The notes below the pieces were generated by a model that saw nothing but the letters and a program-made list of their open reading frames with translations, was not told the DNA's origin and searched no databases. Below are positions 9,687 through 19,877 of a DNA stretch of 64,000 nt, piece by piece; position 1 is the first letter of the stretch; each line of letters starts with the position of its first letter. This stretch comes from Candidatus Avidehalobacter gallistercoris (GTDB lineage: Bacteria > Bacillota > Dehalobacteriia > UBA4068 > UBA4997): positions 749 to 64,748 of the forward strand of contig DVMH01000033.1 in NCBI GenBank assembly GCA_018715045.1, in the 5' to 3' direction. The translations under genes were made by a program, and so were the position numbers.

Positions 9687-11549
9687 TTACTCCAACTCAA
9701 AAAGACCGTTATAAAGCTGATAATAACGTCCCCGCTGTGCCAGCAACTCGTCATGGTCGCCACGCTCCACCACCTGGCCGCCCTCCAGCACCAAAATGGC
9801 ATTAGCGTTGCGCACAGTGGAAAGCCGGTGTGCAATCACAAAGACGGTTCGGTTTTCCATAAGCCGATCCATGCCCTTTTCGATCAGGCGCTCTGTCCGC
9901 GTATCTACAGAGCTGGTGGCCTCATCCATCACCAGCACTGGAGTATCGGCCAGCGCTGCGCGTGCAATTGTCAAAAGCTGGCGCTGCCCCTGCGAAAGGT
10001 TGCCGCCGTCACCGGAGATGACCGTTTCATAGCCATGCGGCAAATGACGAATAAACACGTCGGCATTGGCGAGCTTTGCCGCCGCTTCCACCTCAGCGTC
10101 CGACGAGTCCGGCCGGCCATAGCGGATATTATCGCGTATAGTGCCGCTGAACAAATGGCTGTCTTGCAGGACAAAAGCCATCGAGCGCCTAAGATCCTGT
10201 TTTTTAATATCCTTAATATCAATTCCGTCGTATAATATCTGCCCCTCGCCAATGTCATAGAAGCGATTGATCAGATTGGTTATCGTGGTTTTACCCGCGC
10301 CGGTACTGCCCACCAGTGCGATTTTCTGGCCAGGCTTGGCGTAGAAGCTGACGCCATGCAACACTGTTTTTTCCGGCACATAGCCGAACACCACGTCTTG
10401 CAGCCGCACGTCGCCTTTGACTTCAGTATAGCGTTCTCCTTTCTTCCACAACCAATAGCGGCCTTGGGGCGCTTCCTGCCAAACGCCGTCCGCGTCCTTT
10501 TCCGCCCGCACCAGCGTCACGTTGCCCGCGTCGCTTTCCGGCGCCTCGTCCAAAATTGCAAAGATACGCTCAGCCCCAGCCAGTGCCAGCAACACATTGT
10601 TGAACTGCTGCGATATCTGGGCGATAGGCTGGGAGAATTGACGGGTAAACTGCAAAAACGAGGCCAGCGTGCCAAGGTCGATCAGCCCTGCTACACCAAG
10701 CACCGCGCCCAGTACGGCCGTCAGCGCGTAATTGACATAGGACAGATTCATAATTACCGGCATCAGGATATTGGCAAACGTGTTGGCGTTGGTAGAAGCA
10801 TGACACAAAGCGTCGTTAAGCCCGGCAAATCCTTTCTGCGTCGCGTCCTCATGCCCAAACACTCGCACCACTTTCTGCCCCTCAATCATTTCCTCGATAT
10901 AACCGTTCACCCGGCCAATCGCTTTTTGCTGCTGCTGAAAATAGTGCGAACTTCTTTTGCCGATCAGTTTTACGGTAACAAACATCACGCACAGCATCAG
11001 CAGAATCAGCAGCGTCAGCAGCGGACTTAAAATCAGCATAGCGCCAAACACGCCGATAGCTGTGGCCGAACAGGAAAGCAGCGACGGCAACGTCATCGAA
11101 AGAGCGTCATGCAGCGCGTCAGTATCGCTGGTATATCGGCTCATCAGCTCACCATGCGGGTGTTTATCAAAGAAAGCCAGCGGCAGCTTCTGCATATGCG
11201 CGAACATATCCTTACGGATCGTTGCCAGCGTTTTGGTCGCCACCACCACCATCAAACGGTTATAAATATAGGTACCAGCCGCACCAGCCAGATAAATGCA
11301 GGCCATCAGAGCGATTAGCCGGATAAAGCCGGACAGATCGGGGTTTTCCTGCCCGATAAACGGTACAACATAATCGTTGAAAAGCGGCTTCAAAAAATAG
11401 CTGCCAGCCACTGCGGCGGCAGAAGACAGCAAAATTGCCGGAAGCACCAACATCAAGCGCAGCTTATGCGGTGCAAGGTATTTCAGCAGCCTTTTCAGAG
11501 TTCCCAGTATATCGTTTGGGCGCGCTGTGCCTTTATTTCTGTGCGGCAT
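9687..11549 (-). CDS. ABC transporter ATP-binding/permease protein (type I exporter half-transporter)
   Basis: Six-TM N-terminal domain plus a C-terminal NBD (Walker A GSTGAGKTT, signature LSQGQRQ, Walker B VLVMDEATS). Likely start is MPHRNKG; it overlaps the upstream partner gene by 17 nt. Confidence 0.85.
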   Translation of the reverse strand: MPHRNKGTARPNDILGTLKRLLKYLAPHKLRLMLVLPAILLSSAAAVAGSYFLKPLFNDYVVPFIGQENPDLSGFIRLIALMACIYLAGAAGTYIYNRLMVVVATKTLATIRKDMFAHMQKLPLAFFDKHPHGELMSRYTSDTDALHDALSMTLPSLLSCSATAIGVFGAMLILSPLLTLLILLMLCVMFVTVKLIGKRSSHYFQQQQKAIGRVNGYIEEMIEGQKVVRVFGHEDATQKGFAGLNDALCHASTNANTFANILMPVIMNLSYVNYALTAVLGAVLGVAGLIDLGTLASFLQFTRQFSQPIAQISQQFNNVLLALAGAERIFAILDEAPESDAGNVTLVRAEKDADGVWQEAPQGRYWLWKKGERYTEVKGDVRLQDVVFGYVPEKTVLHGVSFYAKPGQKIALVGSTGAGKTTITNLINRFYDIGEGQILYDGIDIKDIKKQDLRRSMAFVLQDSHLFSGTIRDNIRYGRPDSSDAEVEAAAKLANADVFIRHLPHGYETVISGDGGNLSQGQRQLLTIARAALADTPVLVMDEATSSVDTRTERLIEKGMDRLMENRTVFVIAHRLSTVRNANAILVLEGGQVVERGDHDELLAQRGRYYQLYNGLFELE

Positions 11550-13281
11550 CGTCCTCGCCCCCTTTCTGCTGTGAATAATAAACCTCCTGATATATTTGGT
11601 TTTTGGCCAGTAATTCGTCATGCGTACCGACGGCTGAAATTCTGCCATCGTCCAGAACTACGATTTTATCGGCGTCCATTACAGAGGTTATGCGCTGCGC
11701 TACAATAATGGCAGTGGTTCCGCTAAGTGTTTCTTTAAGCGCGCGGCGAATGGCGCTGTCCGTTGCGGTATCCACTGCACTGGTACTATCGTCCAAAATA
11801 ATGATTTCAGGGCGTTTCAAAAGAGCCCGGGCAATGGTCAGACGCTGCTTCTGCCCACCGGAAAGGTTCACGCCGCCCTGTCCCAGCACTGTATCATAAC
11901 CGTCCGGAAAGCTCATAATGAAATCATGTGCCGCCGCCTGCTTGCAGGCCGTCTCAATTTCCGCCTGCGTCGCATCCGGATTGCCCCAGCGCAGGTTTTC
12001 GGCAATAGTACCGGAAAACAGCAGATTTTTTTGCAGCACCATACCAACTCTGGCGCGAAGCTCTGCAAGGTTCTGCTCTTTTACGTCCACACCGCCCACC
12101 AGAACTCGCCCGGCCGTCGCATCATAAAGCCTGGGGATCAACTGCACCAACGTGCTTTTGCCGCTACCCGTGCCGCCGATAATGCCAACCGTTTCGCCCG
12201 CGTTGATGGTCAGGTTAATATCCGAGAGAACATTTTCCGCTGCCGCATCACCAGCACCGTAAGCAAAGCTGACATTCTCAAACTGAATGTCTGATTTGAC
12301 CGAAGGCTTTTGGGGGTTATCTGGTTCCGTCAAATCGGGTTCTTCGTGCAGCACCTCGCTAATACGGCGAATAGATGCACGGGAAAGTATCAGATTGACG
12401 GAGATCATTGCAATCATCATCACCGCCATCAGAATCTGCGATATATAGCTGATAAAGCTCATCAAATCGCCCACCAGCATAGTACCGCCAATAATCTGCC
12501 GGCCGCCAAACCACGCAATAGCCAGCATACAGCCATACATCACAAGCTGCATAATGGGCATGACGGTGATAATCAGGCTTTCACCGCGAAACGATGCTGC
12601 CTGCAATTCGTCTACGCTGTCGGCAAAAATTTTTGTCTCATAGTCGCCGCGCACAAATGCTTTGACAACACGTATAGCGCTCAGATTTTCCTGCGTACGG
12701 ACATTCAAAGCATCGTATTTATCCATCATCCGTTGGAAACGCGGAAATGCCTGACTGAAAATAATAAATATGGCCACTGCCAAAATGGGCAGCGCCACCA
12801 GCAGCACCAATGCCAGCCGTTTGTTGATATAAAACGCCATCGCCGCACCGAAAATCAGCATCATTGGCGCGCGGAACAGCATACGCAGCCCCATCATCAC
12901 TGCCATCTGCGTGTTGGTAACGTCTGTTGTCAGTCTGGTAATCAGCGAGGCCGTACTGAATTTATCCAAACAGCGAAATGAGAACTCCTGGATATGCGCA
13001 AACATTGTGCTGCGGATATTTTTGGCAAAGCCCATGCCGGCCACTGCCGCAAACCGCCCGGCCAGCACGCCGAACAGCAGCGAGCAAAACGCCATCAAGA
13101 GCATCAGCGCGCCCATTTTGCAGATATAGGTCACATTCCCCTCAGCCAGCCCCACGTTGATAATAGCAGCCATCACCAACGGGATAAGAATATCTAACGC
13201 CACCTCTCCCACAATGCAAAGTGGTGTAGCCACTGCCGCCAGCGTATAGCCCCGCATACAGGCCAACAGCTTTTTTGACAT
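11533..13281 (-). CDS. ABC transporter ATP-binding/permease protein (heterodimer partner)
   Basis: TMD plus NBD (GGTGSGKST, LSGGQKQRLTIARAL, IIILDDSTSAVD). Forms a pair with the downstream gene. Confidence 0.85.
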   Translation of the reverse strand: MSKKLLACMRGYTLAAVATPLCIVGEVALDILIPLVMAAIINVGLAEGNVTYICKMGALMLLMAFCSLLFGVLAGRFAAVAGMGFAKNIRSTMFAHIQEFSFRCLDKFSTASLITRLTTDVTNTQMAVMMGLRMLFRAPMMLIFGAAMAFYINKRLALVLLVALPILAVAIFIIFSQAFPRFQRMMDKYDALNVRTQENLSAIRVVKAFVRGDYETKIFADSVDELQAASFRGESLIITVMPIMQLVMYGCMLAIAWFGGRQIIGGTMLVGDLMSFISYISQILMAVMMIAMISVNLILSRASIRRISEVLHEEPDLTEPDNPQKPSVKSDIQFENVSFAYGAGDAAAENVLSDINLTINAGETVGIIGGTGSGKSTLVQLIPRLYDATAGRVLVGGVDVKEQNLAELRARVGMVLQKNLLFSGTIAENLRWGNPDATQAEIETACKQAAAHDFIMSFPDGYDTVLGQGGVNLSGGQKQRLTIARALLKRPEIIILDDSTSAVDTATDSAIRRALKETLSGTTAIIVAQRITSVMDADKIVVLDDGRISAVGTHDELLAKNQIYQEVYYSQQKGGEDDAAQK

Positions 13282-13357
13282 ATACTATCACTCCCCCCAA
13301 CATCATTCTTGAACGACTATTATAGCAGAGAATAATTTTAATTGCAAGCCATTTTAT

Positions 13358-13386
13358 TTGACAAACCGCGTTGTTTATATTATGAT
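13358..13386 (+). promoter_or_regulatory. sigma-A-type promoter for metA (TTGACA-17-TATGAT)
   Basis: -35 TTGACA at 13358-13363, a 17-nt spacer, -10 TATGAT at 13381-13386, about 35 nt upstream of the metA ATG. No SAM riboswitch or T-box fits in the 140-bp divergent spacer. Confidence 0.4.
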
Positions 13387-13421
13387 AAGAAATTATTTTA
13401 CTTTTTAAGGAGCTGTGCCCT

Positions 13422-14336
13422 ATGCCAATCAAAATCCCTAACGATTTGCCCGCCCGTTCTATTCTGGAGAGCGAGCATATATTCGTAATGACAGAAACAC
13501 GCGCGCTTACGCAGGATATCCGACCGCTGCGAATTGCCCTTGTGAACCTTATGCCTACCAAAATTGCCACCGAAACGCAGATTCTGCGTTGTCTGGCCAA
13601 CACGCCGCTGCAAATCGAGGTTCATCTTATCCACACCAAAAGCTATGTGGCCAAAAACACCTCAGAAGAGCATCTTTCCGCTTTCTACCGCACGGCAGAC
13701 GATGTTCTGGAGGAAAATTTCGACGGCGTTATCATCACCGGCGCACCTGTGGAAAACATGGCGTTTGAGGAGGTGGAATACTGGCCGGAACTTTGCCGTA
13801 TTATGGAATGGACGAAAACTCATGCCCACAGCACCATGCACATCTGCTGGGCGTCGCAGGCCGGACTTTATTACCACTATGGCGTGCCTAAGCGTCAGCT
13901 TCCTGGTAAGCTCTCCGGCGTGTACAGCCACTATATGCTGAATCCCAAAGCACGTCTGTTCCGTGGTTTCGACGAGGAATATTTTGCGCCCCATTCCCGC
14001 CACACTGAATCCGACCCGGAGGCCATTGCCAAGGTACCGCAGCTGCGCATTTTATCCGTCTCGCCGCAGGCTGGTATCCACATCGTCAGTGATCATGACA
14101 ACAAGCAATTTTTTGTCAGCGGCCATTCGGAATATGACCTCTATACGCTGCGCGACGAATATTTCCGCGATCTGGCCAAGGACATAAACGTCAAACTGCC
14201 ATTTAATTACTTCCCCGGCGACGACCCGGCGCAGAAACCAATCAACCGCTGGCGGGCACATGGCCAGCTGTTGTTCACCAACTGGCTGAATTATTATGTC
14301 TACCAGACAACTCCTTACGATTTGCAAAAGTTGTGA
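13422..14336 (+). CDS. metA: homoserine O-acyltransferase (MetA family; O-acetyl type expected in Firmicutes)
   Basis: 304 aa. The N-terminus MPIKIPNDLPARSILESEHIFVM...LRIALVNLMPTK is diagnostic of the MetA/HTS family. Confidence 0.85.
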   Translation: MPIKIPNDLPARSILESEHIFVMTETRALTQDIRPLRIALVNLMPTKIATETQILRCLANTPLQIEVHLIHTKSYVAKNTSEEHLSAFYRTADDVLEENFDGVIITGAPVENMAFEEVEYWPELCRIMEWTKTHAHSTMHICWASQAGLYYHYGVPKRQLPGKLSGVYSHYMLNPKARLFRGFDEEYFAPHSRHTESDPEAIAKVPQLRILSVSPQAGIHIVSDHDNKQFFVSGHSEYDLYTLRDEYFRDLAKDINVKLPFNYFPGDDPAQKPINRWRAHGQLLFTNWLNYYVYQTTPYDLQKL

Positions 14337-14373
14337 ACAGATTTTACCACTGTAATATAAACCAAATATTAAA

Positions 14374-14410
14374 GGCTCCCGCCTGCCGCACAGCAAGGGG
14401 AGCCTTTTGC
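14374..14410. terminator. rho-independent terminator after metA (probably bidirectional)
   Basis: GGCTCCCgcctgccgcacagcaaGGGGAGCC followed by TTTTGC. Confidence 0.5.
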
Positions 14411-14430
14411 ATTAAATTTTCGTCTGCTGT

Positions 14431-14766
14431 TCAGCGGTTGCCCTGATTTTCGTCCCCAGCGTTATATACCGCTTCTGCTCCATACATTTCAATGCGGTTG
14501 ACCATCTCCGGGGTAACGCTCTCAATACCGCCCAACTGGGCGCTTCCAGCCATGGCAGCCGTATATGCCGCCGTTGGCGCGTCATTGTTTACCGCAGGTT
14601 TCCTGGCCTGAGAACTTCCATTGCCAGCGGTAGCCGTGGGCGGATTTACGGTCTGCGAGGGAAGCCCCGGCTGAAGCGGCCTGCCATCCGGCAGATAACC
14701 TGCGTCGCCTCCTGGCACGGACTGCTCCAGCTTTTTCATCAAATCGTTTTCCTTGTTCGTATCCAT
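14431..14766 (-). CDS. hypothetical low-complexity (Pro/Ala/Gly/Asn-rich) protein
   Basis: Start MDTNKEND is preceded by a GGAGG RBS. No TM segment and no known motif. Confidence 0.4.
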   Translation of the reverse strand: MDTNKENDLMKKLEQSVPGGDAGYLPDGRPLQPGLPSQTVNPPTATAGNGSSQARKPAVNNDAPTAAYTAAMAGSAQLGGIESVTPEMVNRIEMYGAEAVYNAGDENQGNR

Positions 14767-15035
14767 ATGCTTGGCCTCCAATAATTCTAAAAAATATATC
14801 ATAAAACGGCAGCTGCGCGGCAGCAAATTTTTTAGACCGGCGCTACAGCCTTTACGTGGCTCTTTCTGCCGTATACCGCTATTTTTCGCGGGAAAGCCAT
14901 CGCTTATGCGCTACTGCTTTGCGGCAAAAAATAACAACCAGTTCAACCAGCCAAAAGAGGAATTGGGCATATTTTGTAGAAATTAATTTGTTAATAAAAT
15001 TGCACATTTTATAATAAACTAAACGAGGTCATATT

Positions 15036-16187
15036 ATGAAAAAAACTTTTATGCGCGGCTTTGCCGCTTTTCTTTTGGCTGCAGGGCTTTCAGCAACCCC
15101 TGCTCTAGCCGCCGATATTCAGATCACAGTAAACGGCAGCGCACTATCCTCCGACGTGGCTCCGATAGTAATCAACAACCGCACAATGCTACCGCTCAGA
15201 GCATGTGCAGAGGCGCTTTCCGCCACAGTAAATTACGATGCATCCGGACGTATTGATATTTACCGCGGTAATGACAAGATAGTTTTACTGCTGAACACAC
15301 CCTCAGCCTGGCTTAATGGCGAAAAACGCCCGCTGGACGTTGAACCGCAGGTGACGGATAACCGTACGCTGGTGCCGCTTCGCTTTATCGGCGAGGCGTT
15401 TGACTGTGCGGTGAACTGGCAGCAGGAGAATAATACTGTCAGTATCGTTGCCGCCGCCGGCAGCGGCCAGCAGGACACGGACGCACCCACGTTTCCATCC
15501 GACACGGATATAACACCGGAGAATGTGCCGGCTGACGTTACCATTACTAATCAGGCTTTGCAGCAGCTGAACAGCGTGCGTCTGCAAAAAAATTTGGACG
15601 CGCTCTCCACCGCTGCTGAGCTGAAAACAATGGCCGATGCGCACAGTAAGGATATGGCAGAGAACGGTTATTTCAGCAGCAATTCACCCACTGAGGGTAC
15701 TTTAAGCAGCCGTGCCAAGGCGCTTAATCTGCCACAACCCACTGAGATTATTGCCAAAATTGATTATCGCACTGAAACAGTATATCAGGCCGTTATGGAG
15801 TGGCTGACCAACGAGAACACGCGTTCCATACTGCTGGACGCCTCGGCAGGCTATATTGGTATCGGCGCCTATCAGCAGCCCGATACTACCTATGTTTATC
15901 TAACAGCAGAGATCATGCCATCCCGCGCCTATTTTACTGAGCTTCCCTCCTCTGCCGTCACCGTGCCAAAACTCACGGTGCGCGGCCGCAGTCAGCGCCT
16001 GACGGAGAATGTTATCGTCTATCAGCTGTCCGACGAGAACACTTATATGTATAGCGAGCGCAAAACGTATACCGCCAAGGGCGACGGTACTTATTTTTAC
16101 ACAGAGGTGGAGTTTGACGACCCCGGCAGGTATGCTTTGCAGGTGGGTAACTGTCTGGTCAAAGTAACGTACAAACCGGCTGAATAA
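15036..16187 (+). CDS. secreted protein with copper-amine-oxidase N-terminal-like repeats and a CAP/SCP-like domain
   Basis: Signal peptide (AAFLLAAGLSATPALA). Two repeats of the Cu_amine_oxidN1-type (NNRTMLPLRACAEAL, DNRTLVPLRFIGEAF). C-terminal CAP-like region. Confidence 0.6.
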   Translation: MKKTFMRGFAAFLLAAGLSATPALAADIQITVNGSALSSDVAPIVINNRTMLPLRACAEALSATVNYDASGRIDIYRGNDKIVLLLNTPSAWLNGEKRPLDVEPQVTDNRTLVPLRFIGEAFDCAVNWQQENNTVSIVAAAGSGQQDTDAPTFPSDTDITPENVPADVTITNQALQQLNSVRLQKNLDALSTAAELKTMADAHSKDMAENGYFSSNSPTEGTLSSRAKALNLPQPTEIIAKIDYRTETVYQAVMEWLTNENTRSILLDASAGYIGIGAYQQPDTTYVYLTAEIMPSRAYFTELPSSAVTVPKLTVRGRSQRLTENVIVYQLSDENTYMYSERKTYTAKGDGTYFYTEVEFDDPGRYALQVGNCLVKVTYKPAE

Positions 16188-16200
16188 AGGAGAATGGGCA

Positions 16201-16722
16201 TTGATCAAGTCATTTCTGCAAATGCTGGCACGAGTGGATACGTTTTTCTTCAACTTTTTCAATCAGAGCGTTAAATGCCATTTTCTGGACATAATCATGC
16301 CCTTGTTCACGCACTTAGCCGGTCTCGTGTCGGTGGTGGGCATTTGCCTTTTTCTACTGTTGTTTCTGCCATCCATACCTGGCACCAATGTGCTGGGCGC
16401 AGTGTTTTTTGCTCAGTTAGCCGCGCAGAGCATAAAGTTTATTATCAAGCGTGTGCGGCCGCATATCAAGCTGCCCAATGTCAACATTTATACCAAGCTA
16501 ATGCAATACGACCCCTCTTTCCCCAGCGCTCACACCGCCACTATCACGGCCGTAGGCGGGGTTATTGCCATCTTGCAGCCTGGATACGAGAATATTATCG
16601 CCGGCATATGCACGATGGTAGGCATATCTCGCATTTATCTGGGTCAGCATTATCCCGGTGATGTGCTGGCAGGCGCAGTTATCGGCATTGGTGCGGCATG
16701 GCTTTCCTGCCAGATTTTCTGA
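16201..16722 (+). CDS. PAP2-family phosphatase (undecaprenyl-diphosphatase-like)
   Basis: PAP2 motifs KRVRPH, PSAHT and SRIYLGQHYPGDV, with 4-5 TM helices. Confidence 0.75.
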   Translation: MIKSFLQMLARVDTFFFNFFNQSVKCHFLDIIMPLFTHLAGLVSVVGICLFLLLFLPSIPGTNVLGAVFFAQLAAQSIKFIIKRVRPHIKLPNVNIYTKLMQYDPSFPSAHTATITAVGGVIAILQPGYENIIAGICTMVGISRIYLGQHYPGDVLAGAVIGIGAAWLSCQIF

Positions 16723-16776
16723 TAAGCCCAATTTCGGATAAACTACTACATAAGTTCCGCTTCGCCGCAATAAATT

Positions 16777-16818
16777 GTAAAAAACAGGTATTCCCGGATA
16801 GGAATACCTGTTTTTTAC
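16777..16818. terminator. strong bidirectional terminator
   Basis: AAAAAACAGGTATTCCcggataGGAATACCTGTTTTTT: a perfect 15-bp stem flanked by an A-run and a T-run. Confidence 0.6.
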
Positions 16819-17094
16819 AACGTTTATAATATAACATCAATAAATACTATGCGCCGCATCTTACAGAAATAACTTCCATTCCGGACTCTGCTTTGCCAAA
16901 ATCAGGTGAAACTGCCAGACCGCATATTTCCAGATTTTCACGGCTTAGGACTATCTTACTTTTCATATCCGTTTATGGCAAGGCGCAGACACCCTAATGG
17001 ATTATCTGCGCCCGCCGCGGATTTATTTATCCGTCTTTAACATAATGCTGTAATTTTCAGCTGTAATATTCATCCCCCTTATTTCACTATCAGC

Positions 17095-17190
17095 TTAACC
17101 AAACGCTGCATAGTGGTGGCAACCTCGGCGCGGGTGGCATTATGCCCTGCCAATAAGCTCCGAGCAAAATCAGTAAACTGCGCCAACAGC
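17095..17190 (-). pseudogene. remnant of an SLH-domain protein C-terminus (gene fragment)
   Basis: Minus-strand translation gives F*LLAQFTDFARSLLAGHNATRAEVATTMQRLVKLIVK*, which has an SLH-type ...TRAEvAtmL.R.l signature. It is interrupted by a stop and lacks a start, inside a 700-bp non-coding gap between convergent genes. Confidence 0.3.
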
Positions 17191-17437
17191 TAAAGGCGTG
17201 TGCAGAAAATTATCCTTAACGTTATCTGCTAACTGCCTCAACGTAACATTACCGAAAATCATCTTAGTTAAATCATCCTAAACTCATTGTTTTATGCCCA
17301 AAACTGCCAAACCCATAAGTATATTCGCTGTACAGCATCCAACAGAAGCAGCAATCTGCCACCTTGCCGCCCATTTAAAAATGGGCGGCAAAAGCACTTA
17401 CATGTTATCCGTGAGCCTTTAAGGGAAAGTTTTATGT

Positions 17438-18595
17438 CTAAAGCGTCATCATAGCATTAAATATCTCCCGCCAAGCTTGTGACAAGCTGATTTTCTCAAC
17501 ACTCTCTTTGGCGAGCAACGGCAGCGTATTAACCACCTGACCGTCTTTCAATATCTGCAATTCGCCAAGAACAGCGCCCTGCTCCACCGGAGCGGAAGGA
17601 AATTCCGTCACGTTGATGTTAGTGGTGTATTCGCCGCCTTCGCCTGCTTTGCTTAAAACTCCGGCATTAGCGTCAATCACGGCGTCTACCTTTGCCTGCG
17701 CGCCTTTTTGCACCGGCACTGCACAGACCGCCGCCCCTGCCGGATAAAGCAGTTGATAGGCATAATTGTTGAAACCGTAGTTCAATAACTTCATCGACTC
17801 CGTAAAATGACCATGCAACGGCTGCACACCCATCACAACAGTGATCAGCCGCATGTCGCCGCGTTTGGCAGTAGCCACCAGGTTGCGCCCCGCTTCGGAG
17901 GTATATCCGGTTTTCAATCCGTCAGCGCCATCGTACCATTTAAGCAGACGGTTGGTGTTCCATAATACCAGCGGCTTAGGATCACCGCGGAACTGATACT
18001 CGTAAATTCCGGTGTAGTCGAGCAGCTTCGGCACGGTAATAGCGTGATGCGCCAGAATTGCCATATCACCCGCCGTGGTGTAATGCTCCGGATCATGCAG
18101 ACCATGCGGATTAGCGTAATGCGTTCCGTTCATTCCCAGCTCTGCCGCGCGTTTGTTCATCATATCGACAAAATTGCCCACACTGCCACCGATATGCTCC
18201 GCTACCGCAACGCTGGCGTCATTACCACTGCCTACAGCTACTGCAATCAGCATTTCATCCAGAGTACGGGTCTCGCCAGGATAAAGATATACCTGCGAGC
18301 CACCCATGCTGGCTGCGTATTCGCTGGTAGTCACGACGTCCTCCAGCGTGGCGTCACCACGCTCCACTGCCTCCAGCGCCAGTACCAACGTCATGATTTT
18401 GGTAGTGCTAGCCGGATAGCGCTTAGCATCGGCATTTTCTGCCGCTAATATCTCGCCGGAATCTGCCGCCATTAGCACGTAGGCCGCCGCGTCAATTGCC
18501 GGCAATTCTTCCGCATAGCTGGCAGCCGGCCAACACAGCATCGCTACCAATAACATCAGCCCCAAAAGCTGTTCCCTGCGCCTGATTTTGCCCAT
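17438..18595 (-). CDS. dacA: D-alanyl-D-alanine carboxypeptidase (PBP5/6-type, serine peptidase S11)
   Basis: Signal peptide; SxxK (STTKIMT), SGN and KTG motifs; C-terminal beta-sandwich domain. Start MGKIRR with a GGAGGG RBS. Confidence 0.85.
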   Translation of the reverse strand: MGKIRRREQLLGLMLLVAMLCWPAASYAEELPAIDAAAYVLMAADSGEILAAENADAKRYPASTTKIMTLVLALEAVERGDATLEDVVTTSEYAASMGGSQVYLYPGETRTLDEMLIAVAVGSGNDASVAVAEHIGGSVGNFVDMMNKRAAELGMNGTHYANPHGLHDPEHYTTAGDMAILAHHAITVPKLLDYTGIYEYQFRGDPKPLVLWNTNRLLKWYDGADGLKTGYTSEAGRNLVATAKRGDMRLITVVMGVQPLHGHFTESMKLLNYGFNNYAYQLLYPAGAAVCAVPVQKGAQAKVDAVIDANAGVLSKAGEGGEYTTNINVTEFPSAPVEQGAVLGELQILKDGQVVNTLPLLAKESVEKISLSQAWREIFNAMMTL

Positions 18596-18665
18596 AAAAA
18601 AACCCTCCAAACCTGCAAATAGCTTACGCTATATTGCTATGCCGGAGGGTTATCCTTTTAGAACG

Positions 18666-19832
18666 CTAAAAAAGCTTGACATTGCTTCTGATGTTAACTG
18701 AGAGTATCATCCCCACCGCCAGCATATTGATCAGCAGGCTGGTGCCGCCATAACTGAAAAACGGCAGCGTAATACCGGTAACTGGCATCAAGCCCACTGT
18801 CATGCCGATGTTGGTGAAAATTTGAAACAGCAGCATGGCCACAATGCCGGAGACGATCAGTGAACCAAACATGTCCGCTGCTCTCATGGCTATACGCATG
18901 GCGCAGAGCAACAGCAGCAGATAAAGCGCCAGCACGATGATCGCACCAACGAAACCCAGCTCCTCGCCCACCACCGCGAAAATAAAGTCTGTATGGTGAG
19001 TGGGCAGAAAGTTATTCTGTACCTGAGAACCCTCGCCGTATCCCTTGCCAATAAGCCCACCAGAGCCTATCGCCACCTTGGATTGAATTATTTGATAACC
19101 AGTGTGCGTCGGATCCATTTCCGGATTAACGAAGATAATCAGGCGATTCAGCTGATAAGTGCGTAGCGGCAGTGGGAACGGCAGCTCTTCAGCCAAATGC
19201 GTGAAACCATCGGTGGCAAACCACAGGTCAATAAAAACTACGCCAACCAGCAACGCCACAATAAGCAACAGCACCAGCACGCGCCGCCGGGGAATACCAC
19301 CCAGCCATAGCATGGCCACCATAATGAAGCCGAACACAAGAGCAGTACCCAGATCAGGCTCGGCCATCACCAGAAGCATCGGCACACACGTAAGCACCAG
19401 CGCCCCAAAAAAGACGCGCCATTCTCGGATGCGGTGCTGGTTCTGCGCCAGATACGCAGCCAGCGCCACAATAACCACCAGCTTGCCCAGCTCCGACGGC
19501 TGAAACGAAAATGAGCCAATATAAAACCAGCGGCTGGCGTCCGCTCCGTTCCTGGGCGTCACAAACAGCACGAGCACTAGCAGCAACAGTATCAAGGCAT
19601 AGCCCGGCTTAACAAAACGCTCTAAATCGTGGTAATTGAACCAGGATGCCGCTGCCGCCACAATAATGCCAAGCAAAAGCCACACTGCCTGACGCTGCAC
19701 AAAATAATACGGTCTGCCGTCAACTACATTGCCGGAGGCTGAGGCCAGCACGAACAGGCTTGTCCCCAATAGCAGCACCAGTAAGGCGAGGAACAGCCAG
19801 TCCAGATTTTTCAACATTTTTTTTTCGAACAC
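18666..19832 (-). CDS. rodA: SEDS-family peptidoglycan glycosyltransferase (RodA/FtsW/SpoVE)
   Basis: 388 aa, about 10 TM helices, FtsW/RodA family. Lies downstream of minCDE as in Clostridia and Bacilli. Confidence 0.85.
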   Translation of the reverse strand: MFEKKMLKNLDWLFLALLVLLLGTSLFVLASASGNVVDGRPYYFVQRQAVWLLLGIIVAAAASWFNYHDLERFVKPGYALILLLLVLVLFVTPRNGADASRWFYIGSFSFQPSELGKLVVIVALAAYLAQNQHRIREWRVFFGALVLTCVPMLLVMAEPDLGTALVFGFIMVAMLWLGGIPRRRVLVLLLIVALLVGVVFIDLWFATDGFTHLAEELPFPLPLRTYQLNRLIIFVNPEMDPTHTGYQIIQSKVAIGSGGLIGKGYGEGSQVQNNFLPTHHTDFIFAVVGEELGFVGAIIVLALYLLLLLCAMRIAMRAADMFGSLIVSGIVAMLLFQIFTNIGMTVGLMPVTGITLPFFSYGGTSLLINMLAVGMILSVNIRSNVKLF

Positions 19833-19877
19833 GTTGTAACTCCCAATCTATCCCCAAAATATCACGAATATTCTAAT

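Noticed and set aside
9657-11318. Plus-strand ORFs (192 aa, 224 aa and others) overlapping the ABC exporter genes
   Set aside because: Antisense shadows of genes with clear Walker A, signature and Walker B motifs on the minus strand.
13282-13421. Possible SAM riboswitch upstream of metA
   Set aside because: The divergent spacer is only 140 bp and holds a clear TTGACA-17-TATGAT promoter. There is no SAM-I/II-like conserved core and no terminator or antiterminator pair.
16861-16990. 39-aa minus-strand ORF (MKSKIVLSRENLEICGLAVSPDFGKAESGMEVISVRCGA)
   Set aside because: Weak RBS and no conservation cues, inside a decayed region.
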